DNA of 64,000 nt, taken from NCBI GenBank assembly GCA_012295275.1, contig CM022676.1, positions 16,554,001 through 16,618,000 on the forward strand, given 5' to 3'. Source of the stretch: Chrysomallon squamiferum. Its lineage: Eukaryota > Animalia > Mollusca. The translations under genes and the position numbers were made by a program. Each line of letters starts with the position of its first letter. Position 1 is the stretch's first letter. Positions 35,347 to 49,079 of the stretch are shown here, in pieces. The notes under the pieces are model-generated. The model saw only the letters and a list, made by a program, of their open reading frames with translations. It ran no database searches and had not been told where the DNA came from.

Positions 35347-38300
35347 CTGCTTGACATTTCAGCCAACCTTCCGTACTGAAATTCGTGGTAATTTCGTCTG
35401 TGGAGATGTAACGAAGAGATATTTCACTTGAAGGAAGGAATCGAGCCCGAGATTTAACTATTTCTTGACGTTCTGGAGTAAAGGCATTTCCATCCATAGC
35501 GAACTTTTCAATTACTTCAGTAACATCATTTGTATTGTCTGTGATTTTCAGTGACTCGTTGGCGTCGTCTGAAGCTGATTTTAGATCGATTAGCAGTTTC
35601 AGTCTTTTCGTTTCATTGTCTGCATCGAATTCCTCCTGCTTCGTAAATATTCTTCTGTCCTTCGATATCCATGTCTTGAAACGATCCACGTCTTTATCAT
35701 GTTCACTGATCCCCATCTTACGAAAATATGTTTTACACGTACGACAGTTATTGTTAAGAGCCATAAGCTTCTCACTTTGTATTTCATAATAGTCTTTTCT
35801 TCCTGCTTTATTAATTGAAGCTTGATATAATCTACGTCCAGTAAAGTTTGTGTGATGACGTCTCTATATCTTCCACTATGTCTAATGACCACGTTACAGC
35901 GCGGACAACGTTTCAACTGGATTGTGTTGGATTTCGACTCCATCAGCTCGTCGAGAGCTTGCACCTCAAAGATATGTCCGCAGTCTTCGAGCTGCACAAA
36001 CAGAGAGTAAGTTCGTTTGTCAGCCTGTAAAGCTTTCACTTCATCTCTGTTGCAAACTCGACAAAGATCAGGACACTTTTCTCCTGCCAGACCAATGCAT
36101 CTGTGCTGACACGACAGCTTCTTCATACACCGCTTGTTGGAGCGTGGCATATTCCACACATCACAACATCGTCTACGAATGTTCCTTTCTTTGTACCTGA
36201 TGACGCAGTTTTCACGGCACATTGTACGCGGGTCACCACATGACCTTTCACAGGACAGATGGACACAGCTGTTCTCACACGGCAGAGGACAAAGTGGACA
36301 CGTAGAACAGTCACTGACACATTCGTGTCCACACAGCAGACGTTTCCTGCATTTCTCCTTGCAAGCAACGTGAAGTCGCCCTTGAACACATTCGTGACAA
36401 CTACGACGACAAATATGACCACATTTCAAAACGGTGCTGCATTTTGCATTACAAATTGCATAGTCTCTTTCATGGCAAACCACTTCAATTTCATGACTAC
36501 ATTTAAAAACGGTGCTACACTTTACATTACAAATTGCATTGTCTCTTTCATGGCAAACCACTTCAATTTCATGACCACATTTCAAAACGGTCATGCATTT
36601 TACATAACAAGGGGTGATATATCGTTCGTGACAAACAACGTCAATTTAGTGCCCGCAGTACAAACCAATATGCTTTACTTGCTTCATGCACTTGATTGTA
36701 CTTGGATCAGCAGAGCAAGACATTTCTTGTTTGTGTCCACACGCTGGTATCACCTTGGTAACGGGAACGACACACTTTTTGCAATCGTCAAAACAAAGAA
36801 GCGGACATTTATGTTGAAATTCACATAAAATTATTTCACACGGTTTCTGACATTTGTATTTGAGATGAAGTGGATCAGCTGGATGACACGGCAGTTCACA
36901 CACGTGACCACAGTTCAGTCTGTACGTGCACCGCTTTCTGCAGCCTCCTTCAGGAACCAAACTGAAATCTTCTGCTTTCGCAGCTTTTATTCCTTCATCT
37001 TTGACGTGATTTCGACAATAAAGACCAAGAGCATTTCCCAGCTGGTCTGTCGATTTCAAATCGTCAATAATGGTTTTCCATAATTTACTGTGTTGACCAA
37101 GCAGAGTAAAGTTTCCTATCACGTAAAGTCCCATTCTAGCTCTGGAAAGAGCTGCACACACTCGGTTGTCTGTTTTCAGAAAGCCAATACTCCCCTCCAG
37201 ATTGCTGCGTACCAAAGACAGCAGTATGATGTCATTCTCCTCTCCTTGGTAATTGTCAACATCTGTGACAGTGACATCTTCAAATATTTCGTCTTTCATG
37301 TTCTTCTTCAGATAGACGACCTGAGCTGAATACGTAGTTAACACTGTGATTTCCTTTGGAGGATAGCCTTGTTTCAACAGGTAGCGACAGAGCGCTATCA
37401 CATATTCCGCTTCAAACACGTTCATGTGACTCACGAGCTCGTCATTTCTTTCTTCATTTTCACAATGGTTTATGAAAAATACATTACTACAAACGCCCAG
37501 GATATCCGAGTAATTTTCAACAGAAGGGTTATCTCTGAGATGAGGATAGATGTGTTTCATGATTCTGGAAATACAGGGCCGCATTCTGTGCTGTTGCTCA
37601 AGACAAACACACTCCAAGCTGTTGTTAACCATTCGTTCAAATAACGATAACTCCAGGGTATATCGTTTTGCGAGTGCGTAATCAGTGGGAATTGGCCGCA
37701 GCTGCTGATGGTCTCCGATCAGAATCAGATGCTGAGCTGCTGAATTCAGTGATGCAATCACGTGGCCTTCCAGAACTTCTGCAGCTTCCTCGATGATTTT
37801 ATTTCTTCTAAAACCTTCTGATAACGAGCAGTAGCACTCGTTGTCATTCCTACCACAGAACATCTTCTCATCACTCTCTGGTCCGCGTCCTGCTTCGCCG
37901 TTCTGTATGGTTCTCCAGCACCACTGACTCTTTCCTGCAGCTCTTCTATCTCTGACTCAGTTTGCTCTTTCAGATGTTGCACCCACAACCTGTAAAGACG
38001 CCACCGATTTCTGGGTGAGAGTGACCAGATATCTTCTACTGCGTCAGCTTCTCTTTTTGACATCCTCGACCGCGACATCATGTTTGTGATTAAGATAGAA
38101 CTTTTTCTGTGTGAAATCTCTCTAAAAACCGTGTCGAAGTCAATGAGCAAAATGCCAGGTCGAGTGGGCAAAGGTTTGTAGTGTTCTCTGTTGTCTGCTC
38201 GATTTAAACATGGCTCATACTGATCATCCTGAATTTTTTCTGAACTGCCCTGGAATTTGTACAGTTTTCTTCGAACAGGAATAAGTATGCCCAGCCATAC

Positions 38301-40435
38301 GGATAGGAACCAGTCTCTAAAAGGAGTATGTAAGAGTTGGTCATAGTGCGTCTCTTTAACATGACCTATGAGATACAGATTTCTCACTATTCCGTTATCT
38401 ATCAGTTCATGTTGTTGCTTTTTCTCAAGAAGACTTTTCTGATACCCAATATAATTTGTTTTCAACACGTCGCAATTTTTTCCGTTAATGGTATACTTTT
38501 TTCGCATTTCCTTGATTTCATAAGTTTTAACTTTTTCATTCTTACTTCTTTTACCAACACGAACGAGATTTGTTCTTTTAAACTCGAGGATTCCTTCAAG
38601 GAATTGGTCCAAGGCGTGATTCTTATAACACAGAACTAAAATGGGATTTTCTCTGTCTCCTTCCCAGATGTCTCTGTTTCTTAATAAAGTTTCTATTATT
38701 TTTAGACCTATGTATGTTTTTCCCGTTCCTGGAGGTCCCTGAATGAGGACAAATTCTTTGGTCAGGGCTTGTTGAAACGCCTTGAACTGAGCCGCCTCTG
38801 GCTGGGTCCACTTGTTCAGATTCAGAACAGGGACGTCATTGTGGCTCTCATCGTCATCGTCTGCTGCTTCACTGAAACTGTCTGTATCTTTTACTTCTCC
38901 CCTGCTTGTCAGTGGTGTTGTGGACGAAATTTTCTTAATAGCATTGTTGTTTTCAGCCTGAGATGTCTTAGTCTTGTTCTGGAATTGATAGTGGACATTT
39001 GCTTTGTCTCTCAGATAGGCTGGCTGTTTCACATCAGTTGTACAGTGTACAATGTATTCCTCGAACGGAAGCTTGTTAATATTCTGCAGAGATGTCACGA
39101 TGTATCGGTACGCTTCAAAGTAAGCCGGTGTCTCCAACATAGCCATCGGCTGCGTCATATCGATTCCCGTGTTGCCTACAGCATACTGTTCAAAATCTCA
39201 ACGGTGACTACACCGTTGTCATCCTTTACAGGCCCCGATTCAATAGTTGCAATGGTAAACGTTTTGAAACAGTTGCTCGACAGACAAACCAGAGAACCAT
39301 ATTTCAGTCGTTTCCTGTACTCCCACTGGATGTCTTTCAGTTTGCTTGTGTCAAATGTCACAGTATGCACGAACTTTGCATTTTTGAATTCTGAATTTAG
39401 TATTCTGACACCTTTATACGTGCGAAGAGAAATACTGTTTCCTTGTTGCTGGTCAAACGATACATATTCATGGATGGCTTCGTACAACGGCTGAATGAAA
39501 TCTTCCCTCAACAGTCTGAACTGTACATCGAGGTAGTCGTGGAGATCGTAGTACGCACCTCTTTTCTTCATCCTGCGAAGGAAGGGCGCGTTTGTGCGAT
39601 AAACGTCATCGTACGTTGGCATCACTGAAATACTTCTGAAGTCATTCGGAAGTGTCGGTTTCTTTGCTGCTGTTAGTCTGTCACTTTGAGCTTTTTTCAT
39701 CATTGACGTTTTCAGTTCTAAGAGTTGTTTTGTTTTCATGTCTATCGTCTCAGGGACAGACAACCCACGTTTTCTTAAACTGGCCACGGCGTCGTCTACA
39801 AGGGAGTTAACTCCTGCCACCTCAACTATGGTATGAGGCAGCCGCAGTGATAACTGTACAAGCAGGTCAAGAAAATCGGCTATAAATGGAAGAGACATTT
39901 TCTCAGCAGCTACTGAACAATCAGCAGATGTCTCCCTCAACAGTGGCGGAACCGTGCGTTCTAAAAACAGCGATCTCTCGACATCAAGTAGAAGGTTAAA
40001 TACTTGTTCTCTGTGTACTTCGCAGCTGCAAGACTTTGCTAGTAATTTTGTTATGAAACACACATCACTTGACGAAAGTCTTCTTTGAGTGAGAAGTCTG
40101 AAAAACTGTTTTTGTCGATCCTTCAGTTCAAGTAGCAGTGCTTCGTTATTCTTCTCCTTCAATTCTTTAAGATCAAACAGCAGTGTGTCATCATCATTGT
40201 CTTTGAATGTATTCAGTTCAAACTGCAACGTGCCATTATCCTTCTCCCTTATATCCTCCAAGTAAGAATCATTTACAGGTTTTTCATCATCCGTCTCTTT
40301 CAATTCATTTAGTTCAAGCAGCAGTTTTTCATCATCATCCTTCAGTTCATTCAGTTCAAACTGCAATATTTCTTCATCCTTCTCCAGTTTGTCCTCCAGG
40401 TAAGAATCATTTACTCCTCCGTATTTTGAACACAT
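35347..40435 (-). pseudogene. ZNFX1: ZNFX1-like SF1 (UPF1-like) RNA helicase with NF-X1-type zinc fingers; one ~5-kb exon, disrupted
   Basis: YLDVQFRLLREDF, KRLKYGSLVCLS, AYFEAY, Walker A IQGPPGTGKT (about 38715-38744), CYKNHALDQFLE, IEEAAEV, LIGDHQQLRP, SLFERM, QHRMRP, VDNYQGEE, LSRAR, CGHxC fingers; frameshifts near 39195, 37800 and 35790, in-frame TAA 36648-36646. Confidence 0.93.
36415..36660 (-). repeat. 78-nt coding triplication of a zinc-finger unit (CGHEIEVVCHERD..IC..KCSTVLK)
   Basis: Three consecutive 26-aa units visible in ORF 35599-36594 and just upstream. Confidence 0.85.
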
Positions 40436-40691
40436 TATGCTTTTGTTATCTCCCCTTTCCGCGTATCTTTTTATCTTTCTGTTTATCTTTTAATTGTTCA
40501 ATTTATCTTTTCATTTGTTTCATTTTGGTTTTCCTCCTCTTTCCCGTTATGGTTCATGTTTCATAATGTTTTTTGGTGTACTAGGTGTTATCTTTTTCCA
40601 GTTTCAATTCATGTTTTGACGTTTCAGTTTAGGTTTACATGCTTCAGTCTAACTTTATTTCGTAAAGTAACTAAAACTCGTAAATAACACA

Positions 40692-41060
40692 CTGAAATAA
40701 TAAAACAAGAAACCATTTTTTTTTTCATCCTTGATTATTATATTCACGGATGAATGTATGCGTATATATGTTCATATGCGCGTCTAAACATACAAACACA
40801 CAGACACACCCGCACACAAATATTTAAATAAATAAATAAATATACAAGTGTGTGTACAGATATACATACAAATACATGAACACACATACACACGCGAACC
40901 CACCGACTCTCACACACACAGACAAATATATTGTCACCGAGAAAGATAATCTCGTCTTTCTTTAACGAAAAACCTTGCTATATACGAAATCTTTCGTTCC
41001 TTAGATGCATTTCTATTGCGTATATAAACTTATAATAATAATAAATATAATAACAATAAC

Positions 41061-41119
<59 letters not shown>

Positions 41120-41416
41120 TAATAATAATAAAAAATGAAATTCTCGTTCAGTAAACCAAGGTGTGAACGATCTCATGGGTAAAATAATCCGAACTGAAAA
41201 TAATTTAGTCTGATAATACTTGTAGAAATATGCATGGTTCATGTAACTACTGTTATAAAAATCTGGTATACAAAATGTCAGAGGTCGCTTACAGACATGT
41301 AAAGTTTATCTATATATCATATCACGCACCGTCGTCACCCTTCACCTAACACGTTTCAAGAACAACAAGTCGAGTTGTATTAAGATTTAAACTCTAAACT
41401 TCTTTTCTATATATAC
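40692..41416 (-). promoter_or_regulatory. Possible ZNFX1 5' UTR intron and promoter
   Basis: Minus-strand acceptor tttcttgttttattatttcag ending at 40692, gtaagc donor at 41292, TATATATA at 41415-41408. Confidence 0.35.
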
Positions 41417-41513
41417 GGTGATTGATTCATGGACTCTAAACACGTTTCAATAATTATTATTATATTTATTATTATTATTAATATTAATATTATTATTATT
41501 ATTATCATCATCA

Positions 41514-41566
<53 letters not shown>

Positions 41567-42237
41567 TATTTATTTATTTGTTTGTTTCTTTGTATCTTTC
41601 TTTTGAATCCCTGCCGACAGACATTTTGTATTGTACTTTTTTTGTTATTATGAATATAATATTTGGACGTCGGCCAATTGTTTTGGTATATATTTTATGG
41701 CAGTATTTGGATGTAAGCCAGCTCTACAATAATGCAACGTCACGTTGAAGAGAACAGTATCTGTGCATATATGAATGTCTTTGTATGTGTGTATTCACGT
41801 AAGACAAATGAGAGATAAACAGAGAGATATATATTATTTGTCATTATATTTTTCTTTCCGTGAGAATTTGTTACAACTTAACTACATCTATATATATATA
41901 TATATATCTTCTAACGTTTTACAAATTAAATATTTAATTCATACGTGAAAGTCCTGCTCTGTAAGGGACACCAACACCACAGACATTGTTAACAACAGCA
42001 GCAATCTCACCAACACATCGTGTACCATGATGGTTTGTGACTGCAACAAAATAATGATAATAATTTTAATTTTACTGTTCAGATCACTACTCTTATTCAA
42101 AATCAAAACTGATTATAGTATATAAATTCGGTATGAGAATTTTTATTTAGACTTAGGATATATTTTTGATTATTCATTACTACCCAGAAAACAACTGGTA
42201 ATATTTCAAATCGGGCCATGGATTATGGTTAATAATC

Positions 42238-42291
<54 letters not shown>

Positions 42292-42346
42292 TTGTAAGCA
42301 CATAAATATATAACAATATAATCATAAGTTAAATACAAATTTAATA

Positions 42347-42352
<6 letters not shown>

Positions 42353-42431
<79 letters not shown>
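42353..42431. repeat. (AG)n microsatellite
   Basis: About 39 perfect AG units. Confidence 0.98.
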
Positions 42432-42434
<3 letters not shown>

Positions 42435-42993
42435 ATGAGGACGAAGATTTAAAAGATAAAGTATCGATAATGTAATGTTTTTATGATAATAAGATGATGA
42501 TGATGATGATGATAGTGATGCTGATGTAACGAGAACAAGTACTACCCAAATCAAAATGGGTTAACTCCAGGTAACTTGTGGTCACTACGCTTAGCATCAG
42601 AATCATGATCATTGAAACCGCAGCTGCTTATTTATAGCTTAATTTTATCTAAAATTACATGTTTGTCTACCTGTTATGAAAGGGTTCTCCGTTTAAACAC
42701 CACATGTTACCTAGAGATAATTCCAAGATGCTGTTCTTTGAGAAATTTCAGTATACCAAGACCAATGTATGAAGAGGTTATACTGTAAAACTGTGTGATT
42801 ATCACGATTCTGCATGTTTCATCTAGTGGTAATTAGCGAAACCGCTTTTTCTACTAAACATATTGAATCACAAAGAGAAAAGTAGAAAATCTTTTTTTTT
42901 TTTTTTTTTTTTTTTTAAACCACAGTCTCAGTCTATAGAAATGTTGAGACAGGAATCCCATAATCAAGCAATAACTCTAGTATTTTTGTTAGT

Positions 42994-43005
42994 AGAAATG
43001 AAACT
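42994..43005 (+). promoter_or_regulatory. ISRE/IRF-like element AGAAATGAAACT between the divergent genes
   Basis: Fits GAAA-N(1-2)-GAAAC; unchanged in the duplicate at 49839-49850. Confidence 0.4.
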
Positions 43006-43528
43006 ATAGCATTCGCTTCACCACTGATATAATAACAGAGACCACAAACCTGAAAAATATCACCTTGAAAGAAAACAGATGAGATTGTGTTTTTAAAAAG
43101 AAAGTTGAAAAATATAGTAGGAATGAAGAAGCTCTAGGAATAGTTCGTAAACAAGAAACATCAAACAAATACCAATTCATAATTATTATATTCAGTTAGC
43201 AAGAACAAAGTGTAAGTGTGAAGAGAGAAGGAAGAAGAAATTACTAACATTTATATTCATTAATTGTTTAATAGTTAATATCAGACTGCGCCCATACTGA
43301 TAAATGACTGCGTATCGTAGTCACATTTAGTGCTATTCTGATCAATATAACTAATAATGATTTTTTGATCGTTAATGAACTAATTATTTATATGTGTTTT
43401 GTATTCAAGAAACTAAACATATTTATACCTCAAATCCTTAATTCGCTGAAACTTTTATAAGAATTGATTGAATCCACAGAGATGTTCATATTAGAATAGC
43501 CAAACAAATGAATCAGTGTTTACTTGAT

Positions 43529-43530
<2 letters not shown>

Positions 43531-43581
<51 letters not shown>
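43531..43581. repeat. (CA)n microsatellite
   Basis: About 25 CA units, 350 nt upstream of the receptor TATA. Confidence 0.98.
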
Positions 43582-43583
<2 letters not shown>

Positions 43584-43922
43584 ATACACACTATCACACT
43601 TAAACACACCCGTACCTTATGTTGGTTTGGGCTTCTAGAGTATACACACTGACAAACTATTTTAAATCAATAAATAAAGACAGATAGACGTCATATTGGC
43701 GGATATATGCACACGATATATAAATTGGTCGAAAAACAGACATGAATAAGTGACATACGTACTTTGCCTTTATGCCATTCTGACATGCGCCACTTGTAAA
43801 CTTACATTCTGAAAGATTTTCTTCGATATTCTTTATATCTTTTCTTTATCTATGTCATACGTTCCATGCCACCTACTAACAATAAAATACTTTGAAACAT
43901 GATTACCGTTACAAAATTAAAC

Positions 43923-43950
43923 TGAGTCAGTCAACGAGCTACGTATATAA
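43923..43950 (+). promoter_or_regulatory. Receptor core promoter: AP-1 site TGAGTCA (43923-43929) and TATA box TATATAA (43944-43950)
   Basis: Exact motifs 80-100 nt upstream of the signal-peptide ATG. Confidence 0.55.
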
Positions 43951-44027
43951 TGAAAGGAATCAGGATCTAAATCACAGTAGTTGTGTTTGACCGGGACAAA
44001 ATGTTCTGTACAGTTTTTATCAAAGAA

Positions 44028-44085
44028 ATGTCTTTAATTCAGTGTATATGGATTTGCTCATTTCTGATATCTACAGTCGCTTCAG
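44028..44085 (+). CDS. Signal-peptide exon 1 of the downstream receptor copy
   Basis: MSLIQCIWICSFLISTVAS then G|gtatgt; 58 nt, phase 1 matches the SRCR exon at 62737; V-A-S fits a -3/-1 cleavage pattern; an in-frame upstream ATG exists at 44001. Confidence 0.75.
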
Positions 44086-45926
44086 GTATGTCAGTATTAT
44101 CATTTGTTTTATTGATATACGTATTAACAGTAAACTACTTAAAAATAATCACATTACAAATTGTATTCACATGCTTATCGGTTAAATTGAATTTCTCTTT
44201 TATACTGTCCGTTTTATTTATATCTCAGAACCAGTGAAACATAGAAGTGTGTTATAAAAAGAGAATCGTGGTCTGAGTAATGGCTTAAACTGCATGGAAA
44301 AAAAGATTCACTGATAAACTTTCCTATATAGGATGGTATTTGCTTAAATGATAAACATATTTCCTCACTATTATTGACCCTCCAATTTTGACATTGTCAT
44401 AAAAACTTTTCAGACCTAATATCTGGTAATCAGTGAGTCCTTTCGGATGAAACGATTTAATTCGAAAGCTAGGATGATAGGGATCCCAAATGTGCCGTTA
44501 TTTCCTTAATATGTACAACTAAACTTTGGAACTTTTTCACGTTTTGTTTGACGTTACATTTGACTTTGTTACCACGTGATCTTGAAATGACCTCACAATA
44601 TAAAAGTTGCAGAATCTATAACCTTTTGAGTTCAGTAGTAAAATATACGTAATAGAGACGTGCTGACACTTTTTAGTGATTTAATATACACACTGTCATG
44701 AGGTTAGACTATTGTTGGTTGCAGCTTATGTTATTTTATTCCATTGTTATATTACGGCTAAAATATAATGTGGCGAAGTTAAAATTGTATTCTTACTTTA
44801 CTTGGGGAATTTGACCTGGAATGAAACTCTGTCATATTTTATTACATTCTTTGCTGCTTAGTCTTGTGGTTGTCATATCCATCCTCCTTATTAAATTACA
44901 CCGCCATAGAACAAAAATAAAAAAAATAAAAAAAATAAAATGCCATATACCATTAAAGAAACATAATGTGACACATAAGATCTTAGACTTACAAGACAAA
45001 TGACGAGTAGAAAATTTTGGTCAACAAGAAAATGTAATCCAGCAGAAGTAGTATGGAACATCCTTCTAACTTATTATTATTACTTTTGCAGTTTTCATAA
45101 TTGATGTTTAGGGCATATATATATATATGTATATTGAGAAACTGCTTATGATATCGTCTAACGCTTTAGCAATTTGTGTTAATCTAAGATGGCCGCCATA
45201 TAATCTGCATTCCTCATAATCTTCGTGACTAGATCTGATAGATGAACGACATGAGCTTGAGATCGGCACGGACATAATAATTCAGAAACAGTACAATAAG
45301 ATGAACAATTAAAAATCATTTGTATTCGTTTTAGATAACGTAATTAGTTATATCTTATGGTGAATTTCATGTGAAATAGAGAGATAAAATCAAACTTAGG
45401 CTCGTTCATTCCACGTTCGTTTTTTTCTTGGCGAATATACAGGCAAGAAATAAAACTGTTTCTGGAAAAAATATGCCTTGTCGAGACAAGTGGCAACTTG
45501 CAGAACCGGTTTTTACCTTCGATCTGTTTAGAAGACTGTGGTTAATCGCTGAAACTTTTATCATAAGTAATAAGAGTTTGGCTCTGAGATTTAGGAATAT
45601 ATTATTCTCATTTTTCTTGATGTTGTAACTATGCCGTGAAGTCTATGTTTCTAACTATCTATATGTTCAATACACACGACTTAAAATTTATAAAAATAAT
45701 CATTTTTATTCTCCGGTTATCAATTTTGTTTTTAAACAGGTTTCAACTCAACGTTTCAACTGAAAATTTCGTTTGGTTTATTTTGTTTTGTGTAATTATA
45801 AATGTATTTCGGAAATAATATATATCTTTGTACTTTTTATTACTGTTCTGTTTATTTAATGGTTGAAGGTGGCATTATTAGTTGTTAGAATATCGATTTA
45901 TTTATTTTTCTTTTTTTTCAATTTTA

Positions 45927-46013
<87 letters not shown>

Positions 46014-46570
46014 TTTTTTTCTATTATTAATATTATTATTATTATTATAATTGAGAGTATTGAGAATATTTGGTCCACAAGGTTATGTTTTTTACTGGTT
46101 TCTGACTGTGCATATTAAATTAAACAGCTATCGAAGAATGGAATATTTCAAAAATAACAAAATACAACACCATCAAGCAGTTAAGCAGTACCCTTAACAA
46201 GTTGCATGGCTTGTTTGTATTTTTATCTGACTTTGACCCCTGTAAAGTGACACCTGACAACCGAAGAACCGTGACTTGTAATATGTGACTTCAGTCACGT
46301 TTTCCCGAGCAGACGATGTTCGTATTAACGAGATTATTACACTGAAAAAAAAGAAGAACTTTCAATCAGAAAGTTGTCATTTGGAAAGAGTTCTACCACA
46401 GTAAAACAGTTTAAAGAGATTATAATTATATGACGTATTTACTATTCTTATTTTTTTTTTTTAATTATTATTCTTGTTGCTGTGGTCATTGATGCTGATA
46501 TAAAAATACTTCAAACAATCATTTCTCATTTGAAATTTTGGTATCTATATTGTTATTGTTATTGTTCTGG

Positions 46571-46619
<49 letters not shown>

Positions 46620-47229
46620 TTTATTTATTTATTTATTTAATTTTTTTTTTCACAGTGGGCTTTTGGACCCTAAGGAATGTTTGTATTTTCTTGATTATTT
46701 CTATTTCAATATAGTTTGTGGTATGTTGCAGTTTGTTGTTTCTTGTTTCAGTGGAAGGATACATTCCTGTTAACTGTGAGTTACCCTTGTACTCTGTATC
46801 TTAGTTTACTTATCACAGTGTTTCTTAACGTCCACCATAGATAGCAGTTTGTAATAAACTATTTACACACATTTAGCTGTTGCAGTATAAGTAATGAACT
46901 GTTTCTGTCTGACCTAAATAACAAACATCCAGTTGATAAAAAAGTTATCTCTATACTGCCCGAAAATAAGTCATTGATACGTGAACAGTCGATAGCCGAA
47001 ATAATATTTTAAAATTGTTCTCAGATATAATATAAAAGATATATATATATATACAGACAGTTTTCAATGTGGACATAACTTAAACTATGTTTTTTATTCT
47101 GAATAATTGTGGTTGTCTGTACGAAAGGACCAGTATGCACTATTATTTTTATTATTACTATTATTATTATTATTATTATTTTTTTTTTTTTTACTTATTT
47201 ATTTGTGGTGCCATTAGAGCTGCTAGTCC

Positions 47230-47262
<33 letters not shown>

Positions 47263-48336
47263 TTTTGTTATATTCATCATTATAATAAGTTTTATTTTTA
47301 TTATTGTCATCGTCTTTATTACTGTTATTGTTATTGATGAATTGCAGTTATTTATCATCTGACAATGTAGACAAATGCAAATAATTTTTACTGTTTGTTT
47401 CTGCACTTATGCGCAGACTATTAACAATGAGTTTATCAGATCGTCTTACAATACACCCGGTGTACCTTTCTTGTCTCGTCATACACACTGTTTAATCTGA
47501 TCTATATATGAAACAAACACGCACTCGCTATACTGGTTACACGAGTATCATTTAAACAGGCTGTGTTAGGAGGTCAAATCTGTTTCAAATGAATGACTCT
47601 GTATTTTACATGGCTTTCCAAACAATTTAGTCTGGTTTATTTCGCGTGTGATCTACTTGGAGTAAAACTAATTTGGCGTCAGATTTATAGCAGGCAGGTA
47701 AAATAATAAGAACATTACTTCGAAGCTACTTGGTCATTGATACACATATGATAATCGAAACAAAAATAAACAAAATAATAATTAAAATAAGTGTGTAGAA
47801 TCTTCTGGTTGTAGAATAAATGTGTAGATTACACGCCAAATATTTTCTTGCGTTTCAGTTCATCGATAAATTATAAACATATAAATTATAGAATAAAAAA
47901 TAATAATGAATACAAAAAAAAAATAAAAAAAAAAAAAATTTAAAATTAAAATAATATAACAATAATAATTAAAATAAGCTTGTAGAAAATGTTCGGTGTA
48001 GATCACAAGGCAAGATAACACCCATCTAGCTATCGTGGTAGCAGTACTGAATTATTGATGTCTGATCTAAATAATAAAGATTCACGTTTTAGAAAATTCA
48101 CTGAGTGAAAACGAGCTATTAAGACATAAACAGTTCACAGCCAACAAAATATTTTAATATTATTTTGACGTAAAATATAATTCATTTCTGTGCGAGTTTT
48201 TCAATTGCATATATAACTATAGACATGGGTGCCACATAATAAAGAACATAATTTAGATTTTTAATGACTGTGATTATCTATTATTATTATTATTATTATA
48301 ATTATTATTATTAGTATTAGTAGTAGTAGTAGTAGC

Positions 48337-48373
<37 letters not shown>

Positions 48374-48389
48374 TTTACTTATTTATTTA

Positions 48390-49031
48390 TCTGTTTGCAT
48401 GTTTCTTTGTAGTCACTGCCGTCAGACATTTTGTATTGTATTTTTTTTTGTTATTAAAATGTAATATTTGGACGTCAGCCAACTGTTTTGGTATATATTT
48501 TATGACAGTATTTGGACGGAAGCCAGCTCTACAATAATGGAAGGTAACGTCGAAGGGAACAGTTCTATTTGAATGTATGAATGTTTTTGTATGTGTGTAT
48601 ACGCATACAACAAATGAGAGATAAACAGAGAGAGATATATTATTTGTCATTATATTTTTCTTTCCGTGAGAATTTGTTACAACTTAGCTACATCTATATT
48701 TATCATCTAACGTTTTATAAATTAAATATTTAATTCATACCAGAAATTCCTGCCCTGAAAGCGACATCAACACCACAGACATTGTTAGCAACAGCAGCAA
48801 TCTCACCACCACATCGTGTACCATGATGGTTTGTGGCTGCAACAAAACAATGAAAATAGTTTTAATTTTACTATTCAAATCTTTACTCTTATTCAAAATC
48901 AAAACTGATTATATTATATAAATTCGGTATATTTTTTATTTAGACTTAGGATATATTTTGTATTATTCATTACTGCCCCAGAATACAACTGGTAAAAGTT
49001 CAAATCGGGCCATGGATAATGGTTAATAATC

Positions 49032-49079
<48 letters not shown>

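Larger units (their letters stand above)
41580..43412 (+). repeat. Intergenic promoter-region block duplicated at about 48390-50261
   Basis: Collinear similarity, e.g. cagacattttgtattgta, gcagcaatctcacc, aaatcgggccatgga, cagactgcgcccatactgataaatgact. Confidence 0.9.

Noticed and set aside
37790-39200. Programmed ribosomal frameshifting to rescue ZNFX1
   Set aside because: Multiple independent lesions including a nonsense codon and apparent loss of residues at Walker B; decay is simpler
35347-40435. ZNFX1 as a retrocopy or virus/transposon-borne helicase
   Set aside because: A GT-AG intron at 35346-35134 and a likely 5' acceptor are present; no poly-A tail, TSD, TIR or LTR seen
35535-40566. 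Plus-strand ORFs (e.g. 38769-39494, 36259-36828)
   Set aside because: Antisense shadows of the ZNFX1 coding sequence with no recognisable motifs
40590-40635. ISRE-like TTTCCAGTTTC / GTTTCAGTTT near the ZNFX1 start
   Set aside because: Better explained as decayed coding repeat (ELKLEKD) on the minus strand
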